From positions 61,194,001-61,258,000 of the forward strand of contig OX597833.1 in the NCBI GenBank assembly GCA_951406725.2: a stretch of 64,000 bases of DNA, written 5' to 3'. The stretch comes from Octopus vulgaris (Eukaryota). The position numbers and the translations under genes are program-made. Below, piece after piece: positions 1-11,542 of the stretch (positions within the stretch are counted from its first letter, which is position 1; each line of letters begins with the position of its first letter). Below the pieces are notes generated by a model. That model ran no database searches and was not told where the DNA came from. It saw nothing but the letters and a program-made list of their open reading frames with translations.

Positions 1-222
1 TATGTGTTTGTGTGACTGTGTTTGTCCCCCTAGCATTGCTTGACAACCGATGCTGGTGTGTTTACGTTCCCGTCACTTAGTGGTTCGGCAAAAGAGACCG
101 ATAGAATAAGTACTGGGCTTACAAAGAATAAGTCCTGGGGTCGATTTGCACGACTAAAGGCGGTGCTCCAGCATGGCCGCAGTCAAATGACTGAAACAAG
201 TAAAAGAGAGTAAAAAGAGTAA
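1..222 (+). mobile_element. SINE family A, 3' half
   Basis: Matches 19970-20188, ending in GTAAAAGAG repeats. Confidence 0.85.
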
Positions 223-594
223 AACAGGGATAATGATATTAAAATATTAAAGCTTTAGTAAATGAATTGATGATATAAAAATAAGAATATCCAACCTGAT
301 AATAATGCAATTCTGGATGATTTATCAGAACATGAAGAATGAGGACCACAAGTTTATCCTGAAGAACCAATCGTTTATCCTCTCGCATACCTAAAAAAAG
401 AAGAACAAAGAACACTGTGATAAAATCGTCAACTGCATCAGGATGACAACCTCACCAATTTCTCATTTGAAAAAAATTGAAGGTTTTCTATCATATTATT
501 ACATACTGTGCACTACTGACCCTTCTCTCTCTCTCACCCCCACTATCAATTGTCGTGTTCCTTAAGGTACAGTTTTATATCTCCCATACTATTA

Positions 595-924
595 GGCGCG
601 TGGCTCAGTGGTTAGAGCGTCGAGCTTACGATCGTGAGGTTGTGAGCTCGAATCCCGGACGGGGTTGCGCGTTGTGTTCTTGAGCAAGACACTTTATTTC
701 ACGTTGCTCCAGTTCACTCAGCTGTAGAAATGAGTTGCGACGTCACAGGTGCCAAGCTGTATCGGCCCTTGCCTTTCCCTTGGACAACATCGGTGACGTG
801 GAGAGGGGAGGCCGGTATGCATGGGCGACTGCTGGTCTTCCATAACACAACCTTGCCCAGACTTGTGCCTCAGAGGGTAACTCTCTAGGTGCAAACCCAT
901 GGTCAGTCTGACCGAAGGGGGTCA
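595..924 (+). mobile_element. Full-length tRNA-derived SINE with CORE-like central domain
   Basis: A box TGGCTCAGTGG, B box GCTCGAATCC, CORE-like TGTGTTCTTGAGCAAGACACTT; perfect TSD CCATACTATTA at 584-594 and 925-935. Confidence 0.9.
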
Positions 925-1615
925 CCATACTATTAGAAATGCACATACACAGACATTCATACACTCAGCCAAGATCATAAACATCAACACACCTGAAACC
1001 CTAGACACCCAAAATACTTCTCTTTCTGTCGCTTCCATTGCCCCAACAACACCCTTCACTTCTCTGAATTAACAAACTGCATCCCTCTATCCCAGCTCTC
1101 CTTATTTCTATTACATCTCACACCCCAGATGAAGCACTAAATTTCCTTTTTTAGTGTCTCCTCATTCCTCTTCTTACTTACTTGTGGTGACATTCACCCT
1201 GGGTGGGTTGAGTCTGCTTCTTCTACCACCCTCGAGGCATCTCGAACCATGGCAGTCTATGCACGACGGTCCTGCGCCAGTTCACTGGAGATAGCGAGCC
1301 AGTCATGGTTCCACCTGCAGTCCCGTGAGCACGGAGAGTTCCTCCTTGATCGTCGTAACCCAGGTCTTCAGCTGCCCACCCACGCGTTTCCGCCAGTTGG
1401 GAGAAGGACATCACGGCTCAGTTCACCCACCAGACGCCTACATGCATGGCCAAACCACCACAAGCGCCGTTGCAGAAGGACAGATGGAAGGATCGTGGTG
1501 TTTTATATATCTTGCGTCCCCAAAGTCTTCTTACCCAGAGTACTCCCAGCAATACAGCCAACCCCTACTCTCCTTCCTCTCTCTCCCATCAACAACAACA
1601 TAATCCAATACAAAC

Positions 1616-1696
1616 CTGGAGGAAACCTCGAAAGAGATCTTTCAACATCCAGGAGAACTTGCTCATAGTCTCGATGAGTTTTTAATACTGAAAGTT
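1616..1696 (-). CDS. TBC1D20: TBC1D20-like RabGAP, exon 3 (gene continues beyond left edge)
   Basis: Acceptor TTCCAG|, donor G|GTTTGT, 81 nt; encodes LSVLKTHRDYEQVLLDVERSLSRFPPG with the TBC arginine-finger motif (DxxR), close to TBC1D20 DYQQVLLDVRRSLRRFPPG. Confidence 0.93.
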
Positions 1697-1866
1697 CTGG
1701 AACAGAGCAAAGAAAACAAATTAAATAAAGTTTAGGGGTGTTTGTAGAAATTATAGTTAAATTACTCATTTCGTTTTTATGATACTGTCTGGAGGAGGAG
1801 ACAGTGTTCCTTGACCTTCACAGAGTAGAGGGAAAAGCAATATCTACACTCAGTTGTGATACCTAT

Positions 1867-2178
1867 GTCAGTGGCATGTTAAAAGCACCATCCATATGTG
1901 GCCGAAGCCAATGCTGCCTTGGCTGGCTTCCGTGCTGGTGGCATGTAAAAAGCACCAACCAATAGTGGCCGTTTGCCAGCCTCCTCTGGCCCCTGTGCCG
2001 GTGGCACGTAAAAAGCACCCACTACACTCACGGAGTGGTTGGCGTTAGGAAGGGCATCCAGCCGTAGAAACATTGCCAGATCAGACTGGAGCCTGGTGCA
2101 GTCTCCTGGCTTCCCAGACCCCAGTCAAACCATCCAACCCATGCTAGCATGGAAAACAGACGTTAAATGATGATGATT
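1867..2178 (+). mobile_element. Short retroposon family C (internal subrepeats, (GAT)n tail)
   Basis: Repeated GGTGGCACGTAAAAAGCACC units, then GGCGTTAGGAAGGGCATCCAGC...CATGCTAGCATGGAAA...CGTTAAATGATGATG. Also 5291-5628(+), 6148-6430(-), 27352-27790(-), 43779-44185(-), 51490-51885(+), 56737-57040(+), 61150-61633(+). Confidence 0.85.
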
Positions 2179-2635
2179 GTCTATCCTCCAAAAATGTTAA
2201 GGCCAATACCATTGATGTTCAGCTTGACTTTCTGTATATCCATGTGAACAGAAAGGAAGTGCTAGAAGATGGACATTCTGGGAACATTTAGGGCCGTCAT
2301 TGGCAAACTGTGGTTTGCAGGACTTTCTAAATGGCACACTGAATAAAAACCACCTTGAATTCCTTTCAGTAGGGTGACCCGCCAGATGACAAGTCATGTC
2401 TTATGCCACCCACTCCATGAAAAAATATTACCCATGGCGGGTTTATGGTTTAGTGCGGTGTGGGGGGGGGGGGCAGATGTGAAAGAAAGGGACATTGTGA
2501 ATGTTGAGAACAGATATGGTTTAAGAGGAGGTATATGCTATGCATTTTTCTGTAAAGTGGAAAATGCAAGAACCAACAATAATTTGCAATGTCAGGACAA
2601 GGAGAGACAAGCATATGCACACACACACATATATA

Positions 2636-2866
2636 TATTTCTTTATTGCCCACAGGGGGTGAAACAGAGGGGACAAACAAGGACAGACAAAGGGATTAAG
2701 TCGATTACATCGAACCCCAGTACGTAACTGGTCCTTATTTAATCGATCCCGAAAGGATTAAAGGCAAAGTCGGCCTCAGCGGTATTTGAACTCAGAATGT
2801 CACAGCAGCCGAAATACCGCTAAGCATTTCGCCCGACATGCTAATGGTTCTGCCAGCTCGCCGCCC
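2636..2866 (-). mobile_element. SINE family B
   Basis: Head GGCGGCGAGCTGGCAGAA, B-box-like GAGTTCAAAT, central TTTGCCTTT(C)ATCCTTTCGGG(G)TCGAT. Other copies near 3397-3613, 7430-7620, 13860-14080, 18448-18667, 21935-22110, 41700-41930, 47213-47375, 56378-56550. Confidence 0.85.
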
Positions 2867-3110
2867 AACGCCGCCCAACACACACACACACATAACAGGC
2901 TTCTTTCAGTTTCCCTCAACCAAATCCACTCACAAGGTTCTGGTTGGTTTGAGGTTAGGATAGAAGACACTTGCCCAAGGTGCTACACAGTGGGACTGAA
3001 CCTGAAACCATGTGGTTGGGAAACAAATTTTTCAACCACAAAGCCAAGCCTGCACCTATTAGTAATAAAAAAATTAAAATGAAAATGTAGACGAGATAAG
3101 AGGAACTTAC

Positions 3111-3287
3111 TTGGTGCTGGAGGTATGTTATCTACATCGATGTCTAAAAGCATTGGCCAACATCGTTTTCTGTTTGCACTTTTCAGAAGTCCTCCTGAAC
3201 TGATGGCAAAACGCCGGAGTTGAGAAACAGAAAAAGTTGGATGATTTACGAAGTCTTTAAGTTTGGTATCTTTCTTCTCATCTCCTC
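3111..3287 (-). CDS. TBC1D20: TBC1D20-like RabGAP, exon 2
   Basis: Acceptor TTACAG|, donor A|GTAAGT, 177 nt; encodes GDEKKDTKLKDFVNHPTFSVSQLRRFAISSGGLLKSANRKRCWPMLLDIDVDNIPPAP, resembling the TBC1D20/Gyp8 LRR.A.S.GGLL...R...WP.LL segment. Confidence 0.92.
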
Positions 3288-3657
3288 CTGTAACAAGAAA
3301 AAAACAAAATTCAAACAGCAACAACGACTAATAAATTGTGATCTTAGATATTGTGTTTCAACTAAAGATTGGTCCAGGCCACGTCTAACTTAATAGCTAT
3401 TTCTTTACTACCCACAAGGAGCTAAACAAGGACAGACAAATGGATTAAGTCGATTACATCGACCCCAGTACGTAACTGGTACTTATTTAATCGACCCCAA
3501 AAGGATGAAAGGCAAAGTCGACCTTGGCGGAATTTGAACTCAGAACGTAGCAGCAGTCGAAATACCTCTAAGCATTTTGCCTGGTGTGCTAACGTTTCTG
3601 CCAGCTCACCACCATTTCTAACTTAATAGCACCACCTGATAGGATTAGCTTAAATCC

Positions 3658-3900
3658 TTAAGTCAAGTTTTGTGGCATCATGGTCCATTCGAGTAAGGAA
3701 TTCTTGTTGAGTGAGTTGTTTCCAGGTATAGGTGGCTTATCTGGTATTCCTTGAAGAAATTTGTCCATTTTCCATTTAAAGGTGGTGGAATCTTGTTCCT
3801 CTTTGATCTGTTTCAGGACAGTGTTAAATAGGGCAGGGTTTGTTGAGGAAAAGAAATTGTGTTGTAGTGTATTTATTTGCTGTGATCCTGAAGTTAGGGA
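3658..3900 (-). mobile_element. CR1/L2-group LINE 3' fragment
   Basis: ORF end LFNTVLKQIKEEQDSTTFKWKMDKFLQGIPDKPPIPGNNSLNKNSLLEW is typical of a CR1-group ORF2 C-terminus. Confidence 0.7.
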
Positions 3901-4603
3901 CACTAAATATATTGTAAATAAATGCAAATATCTCTAAAGGAGTTTTTAAAGATTAGGGTTTATTTCTGATTTTGAAATGGAAGAGAGAAATCTCATCCTG
4001 GATAGATAACAAGTCTTCTGCAGATGTAACATCCCCAGAGGATCCGATACATAAGAGCATTGATGCAGTCTATTATAATAAGGAGTGAACCTGTCAATCT
4101 GTTACCCAAACACATACACAGACAAATAGGTAATTTCACAGAGCTGAGTGTTCGGTCTACCTTTATTAGCATTCTGTTAATTGTTCTCAAGGACCTGAAG
4201 AGGTGTGGGTTCCACAAGGTTTAGATGCCAAGGACATGCTGTATGTCATGATCAGTGCTATAGTAAGGCAGATACTATAGTGGATAGAGCACCAGGAACA
4301 AATTGATATAAACTAATTATATGAAGATGAGAGTCTCCTTCTCTGCTACAACACCTAGACTTGAATGCATGTAAGACATTGCATGCGATCTATATATAAT
4401 AGTTGTGCTCCAATATATATTGAAAGGTCTTAAATAAATTTCAGACTACAACCTTAAGGGTCAAATCTATATCCACTTAGACATTTACCCCCCTTCTCCT
4501 CATACTATTTGTTGATTTCAGAAATATTTGGTTAATAGCTGAATTCCTGAAACATGGATACACAGGAGCTATAGATAATGCAACTTTTCATAATACTTTA
4601 CAG

Positions 4604-4890
4604 CAGAGGTTCTCAAATTTTTTGGGCCACCGCCCCACTTATGGCCACATCCCTATTTTTATGTATAAATAAAAATCTTATATTTTACTAATTTATATAT
4701 ACTATGAATCATTTGATATTTAATATAATATTATGTAATTTGTATACAATACTATAATAATATTATAAATTCATAAGAGTCCCCCAATCCACAGCCGCCT
4801 TTTTCTCTACTGCCTCTTTAGACACCAGCGCCCACCTGGACCCTCTCAACATCCACCAGGGAGTGGTAGCACCCACTTTGAGAACCTATG
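4604..4890. mobile_element. hAT (Charlie-like) MITE
   Basis: TIR CAGAGGTTCTCAAA / TTTGAGAACCTATG; perfect 8-bp TSD CTTTACAG at 4596-4603 and 4891-4898. Confidence 0.9.
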
Positions 4891-6876
4891 CTTTACAGCT
4901 TCAAAAACCTAACACACTTTTTGGAGACACACATTTATGTCCATTTTTTTCATGTTTGCATGGGTTAGACTAGTATGTTATTGAAGCATTATTTTACAGC
5001 TGGATGCCCTTCCTGTCACTAACCTTTACCTGTTTTTTCAAGTAAAAGATCTCTTCTTTTTCATGGCTTTGAAGGTCCAATGCGAATGAATGATTGTTGA
5101 CAAGAACCAACAATAACAACACTGTTTGTCACAAAATTAAGTTCCTACACATGTAACCCTTTTGTTACCGCATTTCCACTGAAATACAATGTCTTTGTAT
5201 CAATTGATACAGAAAATAATGAAGAATTTAGTAAAATAACCTAGTAATTAATTATTAAGCTGATATTTGGAACAAATTAACAAGAAATTTTGGCCGTTGC
5301 CAGCCTTGCCTGGCCCCCGTGCCGGTGGCACGTAAAAGCACCATCCGATCGTGGCCGTTGCCAGCCTCACCTGGCCCCCGTGCCGGTGGCACGTAAAAAG
5401 CACCATCCGTCCGTGGCCATTTGCCAGCTCCGTTTGGCACCTGTGTGGGTGGTACATAAAAAGCACCCACTACACTCACGGAGTGGTTGGCGTTAGGAAG
5501 GGCATCCAGCCGTAGAAACACTGCCAGATCAGACTGGGCCTGATGCAGCCTTCTGGCTTCACAGACCCCAGTTGAACCGTCCAACCCATGCTAGCATGGA
5601 AAGCGGACGCTAAATGATGATGATGATTATCTCAAAACAGGTAGTGTATACCAGAGAACCAAGGGTGTTCTCACACAGGTTGGTATTAAATGGATTAAGT
5701 GTATTTCACAAACCTAATTCTTAGTCATTCATCATCATTAAATATCTGTGTCCATATTGGAATGGGTTGGACAGTTTGACAGGATCGAGAGAACCAGAAG
5801 ATTGCATTGAGTTCTAATGTCTTCTTTGGCATAATTTCTACTGCTGGATACCCTTCCTAATACTAAACACTTTACAGAGTGTTTTGGGTGCTTTTTTGTA
5901 GGCCCTAGTACAAGTGAGGTCACCAAGTGACTGGTAAGACAAGCAACCTTGAATGAGGGAGGGGGCACTTTGTGCCAGGTGTCGGAAGGCTAAAATATGA
6001 TAGGACAGGAATAGATGCCTTACTTTATGGGGAGATACACGACTGCTCCAGCAGGAAAAGGAGAAAGGATTGTAGTGATGAGGTGTCACAGCTTACCCTC
6101 AAGGCTAAGAGGGTGGATAAAATAGGAATTAGAGAAATGAGGATGGCTATCATCATCATCGTTTAACGTCCGCTTTCCATGCTAGCATGGGTTGGACGGT
6201 TCGAATGGGGTCTGGGAAACCAGGAGGCTGCACCAGGCCCAGTCTGATCTGGCAGTGTTTCTATATATAGCTGGGTGCCCTTCCTAACGCCAACCACTCT
6301 GTGAGTGTAGTGGGTGCTTTTTACGTGCCAGGTGAGGCTGGCAACGGCAACGATCGGTTGGTGCTTTTTACGTGCCACTGGCACAGAGGCCAGTCGAGGT
6401 AGCGCTGGCAACGGCCACGTTCGGATGGCTCATGTGGGGTAGATTTGCAAGAGTGCGAAAGGAAAGTGACACAGATGAAGAGAGAGGTGAATGCACTTTA
6501 TGGTGAGCATATTCATTCCAACCAATTATTCATTTAAATCCAAATAATCAGACAACCTCTCAGAATGTGTGCCTATGTATCCATGTGTGTGTGTATGTTG
6601 TGAGAGATCATGTGACAGTACAATATGTGTAATTAACTTCTATAATTGCACAAAGTCCATTGTTTCAGCCAAGCAACAAACCGAATTAAAATTTACAATA
6701 AAGAAAATACTTCGATGGAGATGAGTTTTTGAAGTGAGGGAGTAAGTGGCCTAAAAATTAGAATCCATTATTATCGAATTATTTCTAAGGTTAATAATTG
6801 CAGCGTGGAAGGTGGTTTATAAGCCATTTAAGAAACACACAAAAACCGTTCGATTCACTTCAACATTTAAATTTAA

Positions 6877-6927
6877 TTTGTCAAAATATTTTCGTCGCTT
6901 TGAGACCGCGACCTCTTCACTGACAAA
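6877..6927 (-). ncRNA. Minimal type I hammerhead-ribozyme-like motif (variant core)
   Basis: Minus strand reads UUUGUCA-GUGAAGA-G-GUCGC-ggucucaaa-GCGAC-GAAA-AUAU-UU-UGACAAA: 7-bp stem I, CUGANGA-like box with C3G, 5-bp stem II, GAAA, palindromic stem III remnant, UH site. Confidence 0.6.
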
Positions 6928-7091
6928 GCTTCTTGCTGCATCTCGAAGGTTAATGTTTTACAAACTCAGCAATAATAAACACGTGGGATAACCATGTATA
7001 ACTAAGACATATGTTCCTCTACCTCTATTGCATCTGAAACTCATCCCCTTCCATAAGGCCATTATTATTACACAACATTTAAAAAACTGGG

Positions 7092-7387
7092 GGTACTACT
7101 AGCGAACAGTGGTCCCGGTGCGCGCACTCGCGCTAGCTAGTCGTAAGTAGTCGATCCTACAACGACCTGCACGTATGTTCGTATTTCAAGGCTGAATACA
7201 TATCAAAGAAAATTAAATAATATTTTTCGAATAAAGTAAATGATTTTTTAAACTAAAATAAATTATTTTTATAAACAAACTAAGGTTAGGTTTAGGGTTA
7301 AAAAGTCGTTGTATTATCGACTACTTACGACTAGCTAGCGCGGATGAGCGAGTGCGCGCACCGGGACCACTGTTCGCTAGTAATACC
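7092..7387. mobile_element. Long-TIR MITE (GG termini)
   Basis: About 75-bp TIRs GGTACTACTAGCGAACAGTGGTCCCGGTGCGCGCACTCG...; AAACTGG on both flanks; AT-rich core with TTAGGTTTAGGGTTA. Confidence 0.85.
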
Positions 7388-8123
7388 GAAACTGGTACAC
7401 ATTAACACACACACACACGCAAATATTGGTTCTAAGTTTGGGCACAGGGCCAGCAAGATTTTGGTTAGGCGTTAAGTCGGTTACATTTACCCCCCCAGTG
7501 TTCAACAGATTCTTATTTTCTAGACACGGAAAGGATGAAAGGTAAAACCGACTTCGGCGACAGACGAAATGCTGCTAAGCATTTTACTGGGCGAGCCAAT
7601 GATTCTGCCAGCTCGCCGCCCCTACACAACGAATATTAGGAAATAATTACACATACACACACTGATAAATAATTTGGCAATCTTAAGATTGCCAATAATT
7701 AAATTAAAAAAACGGGGGAACCAATGAAGAGGTAGTCGTTCGATATGCAAGAAACAATAGCCAAATCACCCACAAATCTCACTCGTTTTGAGAAAGAACA
7801 CGAAACATTGGATAATATAAACGTAGAAAACCTAACCAAGACGAGATGGTCATGAATGAAAATAGGTATTCAACAACAACAGCAGCAAGGCATAGAATAG
7901 TATCTACGGTTACGTACGAAGGTATCATGTACTCGTGTATCTTTCAATCTAAACCGAAGCATCAGTTACACAGGTGTTTTAGCTTTCAACTTCCCTGCTT
8001 TCAGATTTCTGGGAGAGAGAGATGCCTGCCAATAGCAACAGATAAGCTGCTGCTTTTTTGTAACTATGTAAAACCGCCCCTGCCTCTTTCGGGGTGGAAT
8101 AACTAGCCCAATTCTTCAAAAGT

Positions 8124-8248
8124 ATACACACACACACATTATATATATATATATATATAAACACACACACACATATATATATATATATAAACACACACAC
8201 ACATATATACACACACACACACACATATATATATACACACACACACAC

Positions 8249-8290
<42 letters not shown>

Positions 8291-8304
8291 ACACACACAC
8301 ACAT

Positions 8305-8350
<46 letters not shown>
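8124..8350. repeat. Compound (CA)n/(TA)n microsatellite
   Basis: Seen directly. Confidence 0.95.
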
Positions 8351-8355
<5 letters not shown>

Positions 8356-8496
8356 CCTGCTCGCTTAGCCAGTGGGGTGGCGTCATTCGAAGGCTAAAAC
8401 AATGCGAACGCATTGTGACCAGCGATGTGTAACTATATCTGATGGACTGGTCAGTCACGTAATATATATATATATATATAAACACACATATATATA

Positions 8497-8709
8497 CGGA
8501 AGAAGGAGAGACTGAAAAGTTCTTGGCTTTTGGGTAAAAGAAAATACAGTGAGGGATCAGTTAATTATGATGTTATCTTCTCCTCAGATTCACTTATTGC
8601 TGCGGTCCTTCAGTTTTTTCAAAGTCCTGTAAAAGAACTCTGAAGGTTGGGCTTCCAGAAAGGTCTGTCGCGATAACCCGAAAGCCAAGAACTCTTCAAC
8701 AGCCCCTCA
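8497..8709. mobile_element. Tc1/mariner-like MITE, older copy
   Basis: Internal sequence matches 58042-58246 (GGCTTTGGGTAAAAGAAA...GAGGATCAGTTAATTATGAT); TA flanks. Confidence 0.7.
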
Positions 8710-9207
8710 TATGGAAAGGGGACATCGATATATTCAAGTGTAAAAATGCACCAACCGACGCTTTACAAAGTGAAAACATACACCTATGCAGAATTGAATC
8801 AGTTCTATAAATAGGCAGTGTGTGTGTGTGCTTATGTGTTTCAGCCCCCAAGGCTGTGGCCATGCTGCAGCAATCCCAGTGCTGTCGCCTTTTCAATGGT
8901 CTTTCTTTATGTCATATGCTTTTCGTGAAAGAGGGAGTTCGATATGGCTACCCTCTTTTGAGAGGTTTCTTGCCGTAATGTAGGTTCATCTCGGACCTTG
9001 AGCAGCAGGAGGTCAAAAAATATATACATACACACATTATATGTCGATAAAGTATATATATTTATATATATATACACATGTCCATATTCTAGCAGTTTGA
9101 CAAAAAGATAAGGAAATAATTATTGAGACCAATATGATTAAGAAAATTTTTCAAGCCAGTGCCCTAATATGACAGATGTCAAAAGATTAAGAGTAAAATG
9201 CACACAT

Positions 9208-9241
<34 letters not shown>

Positions 9242-9896
9242 ACATTGTGTATATATATATATATGTATGTATAAACAACATCCAGGCAGCATTATGCATA
9301 AAATAGTTTGAGAGAAACAACGCCAAATTGGAGGCTAAGATAATGCTTCAAATTTTACACGACTAAATGAAAAAAGATAAATAAGAGTTGGAAAAAACAG
9401 CGAATGTAACATTTGAGAGGAAAATATTACATAAAACAGCTGGAATGGCAAATACGGAACTTGGTCGTTCGAGCGTGTAGAAATAGCAGCCAAATCTCCT
9501 TCAAATTACAAGCTGGTATACAACAATGGTGACTAACATATTTCTGTAGTTTAAGTATTATGGAAAGGTGCGAACGATTTAGAAAAATTTTATCGAATTC
9601 TTTAAAAAAACTTACAAAGTTTCTTGGTCCTATTTATGTGGGGTTTTTTTAACGAAGGAAACTTAAGAAATATATTACATAATACATACTTTTAAGGACT
9701 ACGTACATACATATGCATATATATTGTATACATGTGTGTTTATATCTGAATGTCTATATACACACTTGAGTATAAACGAAAGGGCACTTTTACATACTGT
9801 AGAGTTTATGTGTGTGTATACACATTCACACACATATGTATGTATATACATAGATACAAGTATATAAGAACACATATGTGTACAAACGTACACGTG

Positions 9897-9943
<47 letters not shown>

Positions 9944-10074
9944 ATATATATATTTTTTCTCTCCTTGTTTCTATTCCTGAGCATTATACTAATACATCTG
10001 TTTGTTTTGTACACCACCTGTCTTCGTCTTTTGTTTTTTTCGTAAACTCTCCCTATATACATATACATATATAT

Positions 10075-10122
10075 TAATATTTATGAATGTGTGCATATAT
10101 ATATATATCTTAATATTTATGA

Positions 10123-10168
<46 letters not shown>

Positions 10169-10520
10169 ATATTTATGAATGTGTATGTATGTATATATTT
10201 ATCTTAATATTTATGAATGTGTATGTATATATATGTGTGTATATATATATCTTAATATTTATGAATGTGTATATATATTTATGAATGTGTGTATATATTT
10301 ATGAATGTGTATATATATTTATGAATGTGTGTATATATATTTATGAATGTGTGTGTATATATATATATATCATTTATGAATGTGTGTATATATATAACAT
10401 TTATGAATGTGTGTGTGTGTGTGTATATATATATATACCATTTATGAACGTGTATGTGTGTATGTATATATATATATATATATAATATATATGAACGTGT
10501 GTGTATATATATATATATAT
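10075..10520. repeat. ATTTATGAATGTGT(TA)n compound tandem repeat
   Basis: Recurring TTTATGAATGTGT anchor with variable dinucleotide spacers, ending next to the TBC1D20 exon 1 donor. Confidence 0.9.
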
Positions 10521-10534
10521 CTGCTGTTACATAC

Positions 10535-10700
10535 CAGGACGTTTGCGCCTTGCTCCAACCGGTGAGCTTTGCACCGTTGAAAATTTAGAATCTCCATGAG
10601 AATTCGATTGAGGGGGCGATACATCAGCTTTAAACCGTTTACGTAAGACGAAATCCGTGTTGTCCAGAGCAGTCGGGTTCGGTTTGCTCTGCTGTAACAT
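10535..10700 (-). CDS. TBC1D20: TBC1D20-like RabGAP, probable first coding exon
   Basis: Read by hand: ATG at 10700 with an in-frame upstream TAA; open frame MLQQSKPNPTALDNTDFVLRKRFKADVSPPQSNSHGDSKFSTVQSSPVGARRKRP-G; phase-1 donor G|GTATGT matches the phase of the next exon; CpG-richer than flanks. Peptide is not recognisably conserved. Confidence 0.7.
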
Positions 10701-11040
10701 ATTCAAGCGACCATATTAACAACCTATTCTGTCCATTTTCCGCACCTCGTCTCTTCCATGTCATCTACTTTCTCTTGCCTCCATGTGATATCAACCGCTT
10801 ACGTCAACGACAAGCTGACACGGGATGGAAAAAAAAAAAACTTTTAAAAATTTAAATAATCATATTAATTAATATATATATACATATATATGTGCTTAAA
10901 AAAATTATTTAAAGAATTGTGATTATATATATAATTAAAATAACTCTGTATTTTTTTGAAAATTACGTTTGTAAATTAAATGTTAAGTAATGTCTTAAGT
11001 TGAGGTTAACTTCATCCGTGTCGCTTACGTCAGCTAGTAT
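10701..11040 (-). promoter_or_regulatory. Probable TBC1D20 5' UTR / proximal promoter
   Basis: Upstream of the ATG; two identical CGCTTACGTCA motifs (ATF/CREB-like TGACGTAA) at 10796-10806 and 11022-11032. Confidence 0.45.
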
Positions 11041-11105
11041 AAACATGTTGATATGTCATAACTTGTTGAGTGCGGTCTTATCTTTGTATTTTGTTTTAGA
11101 ATCGG

Positions 11106-11542
11106 GAAAATTATAGTTATTTTGGTATATTTTATTTTTATAAAAGTCACTCAATGACTTTCTGAATTTACAAATAGACAATTTTTTATTGTTGGTTCAG
11201 GAAAGAAAAGAAAAAAATTTAAGTTTTTCCGTTGGTATATTGGGAAGGTGCTTGACTGTTGCTGTAACTCAGTCACGCCATCACCCGCGGTAATTCTATG
11301 TTTTGGAATGTTTTGAAATTAGAAAATTATAGTTCTTTTGGTATATTTTATTTTTATAAAAGTCACTCAATGATATTCTGAATTTACAAATAAACAATTT
11401 TTATTGTTGGATCTGGAAAGAAAAGAAAAAAATTAAATTTTTTCCGTTGGTATATTGGGAAGGTGCCTGACTGTTGCTGTAACTCAGTCACGCCATCACC
11501 CGCGGTAATTCTATGTTTTGGATTGTTTTGAAATTAGAAAAT
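11106..11542. repeat. About 215-bp tandem duplication
   Basis: GTATATTTTATTTTTATAAAAGTCACTC at 11125 and 11341; CGCGGTAATTCTATG at 11286 and 11501. Confidence 0.92.

Noticed and set aside
595-670. tRNA gene-like sequence with A and B boxes
   Set aside because: No proper acceptor stem; continues into a SINE body and is flanked by a TSD, so it is a SINE head.
1120-1160. CAGATGAAG-CACTA...TAGTG, reminiscent of a decayed hammerhead core and stem II
   Set aside because: No GAAA box, no stem I pairing, and the core is mutated.
1249-1668. 139-aa plus-strand ORF antisense to TBC1D20 exon 3
   Set aside because: Lies mostly in a GC-rich repeat where stops are rare; no recognisable domain.
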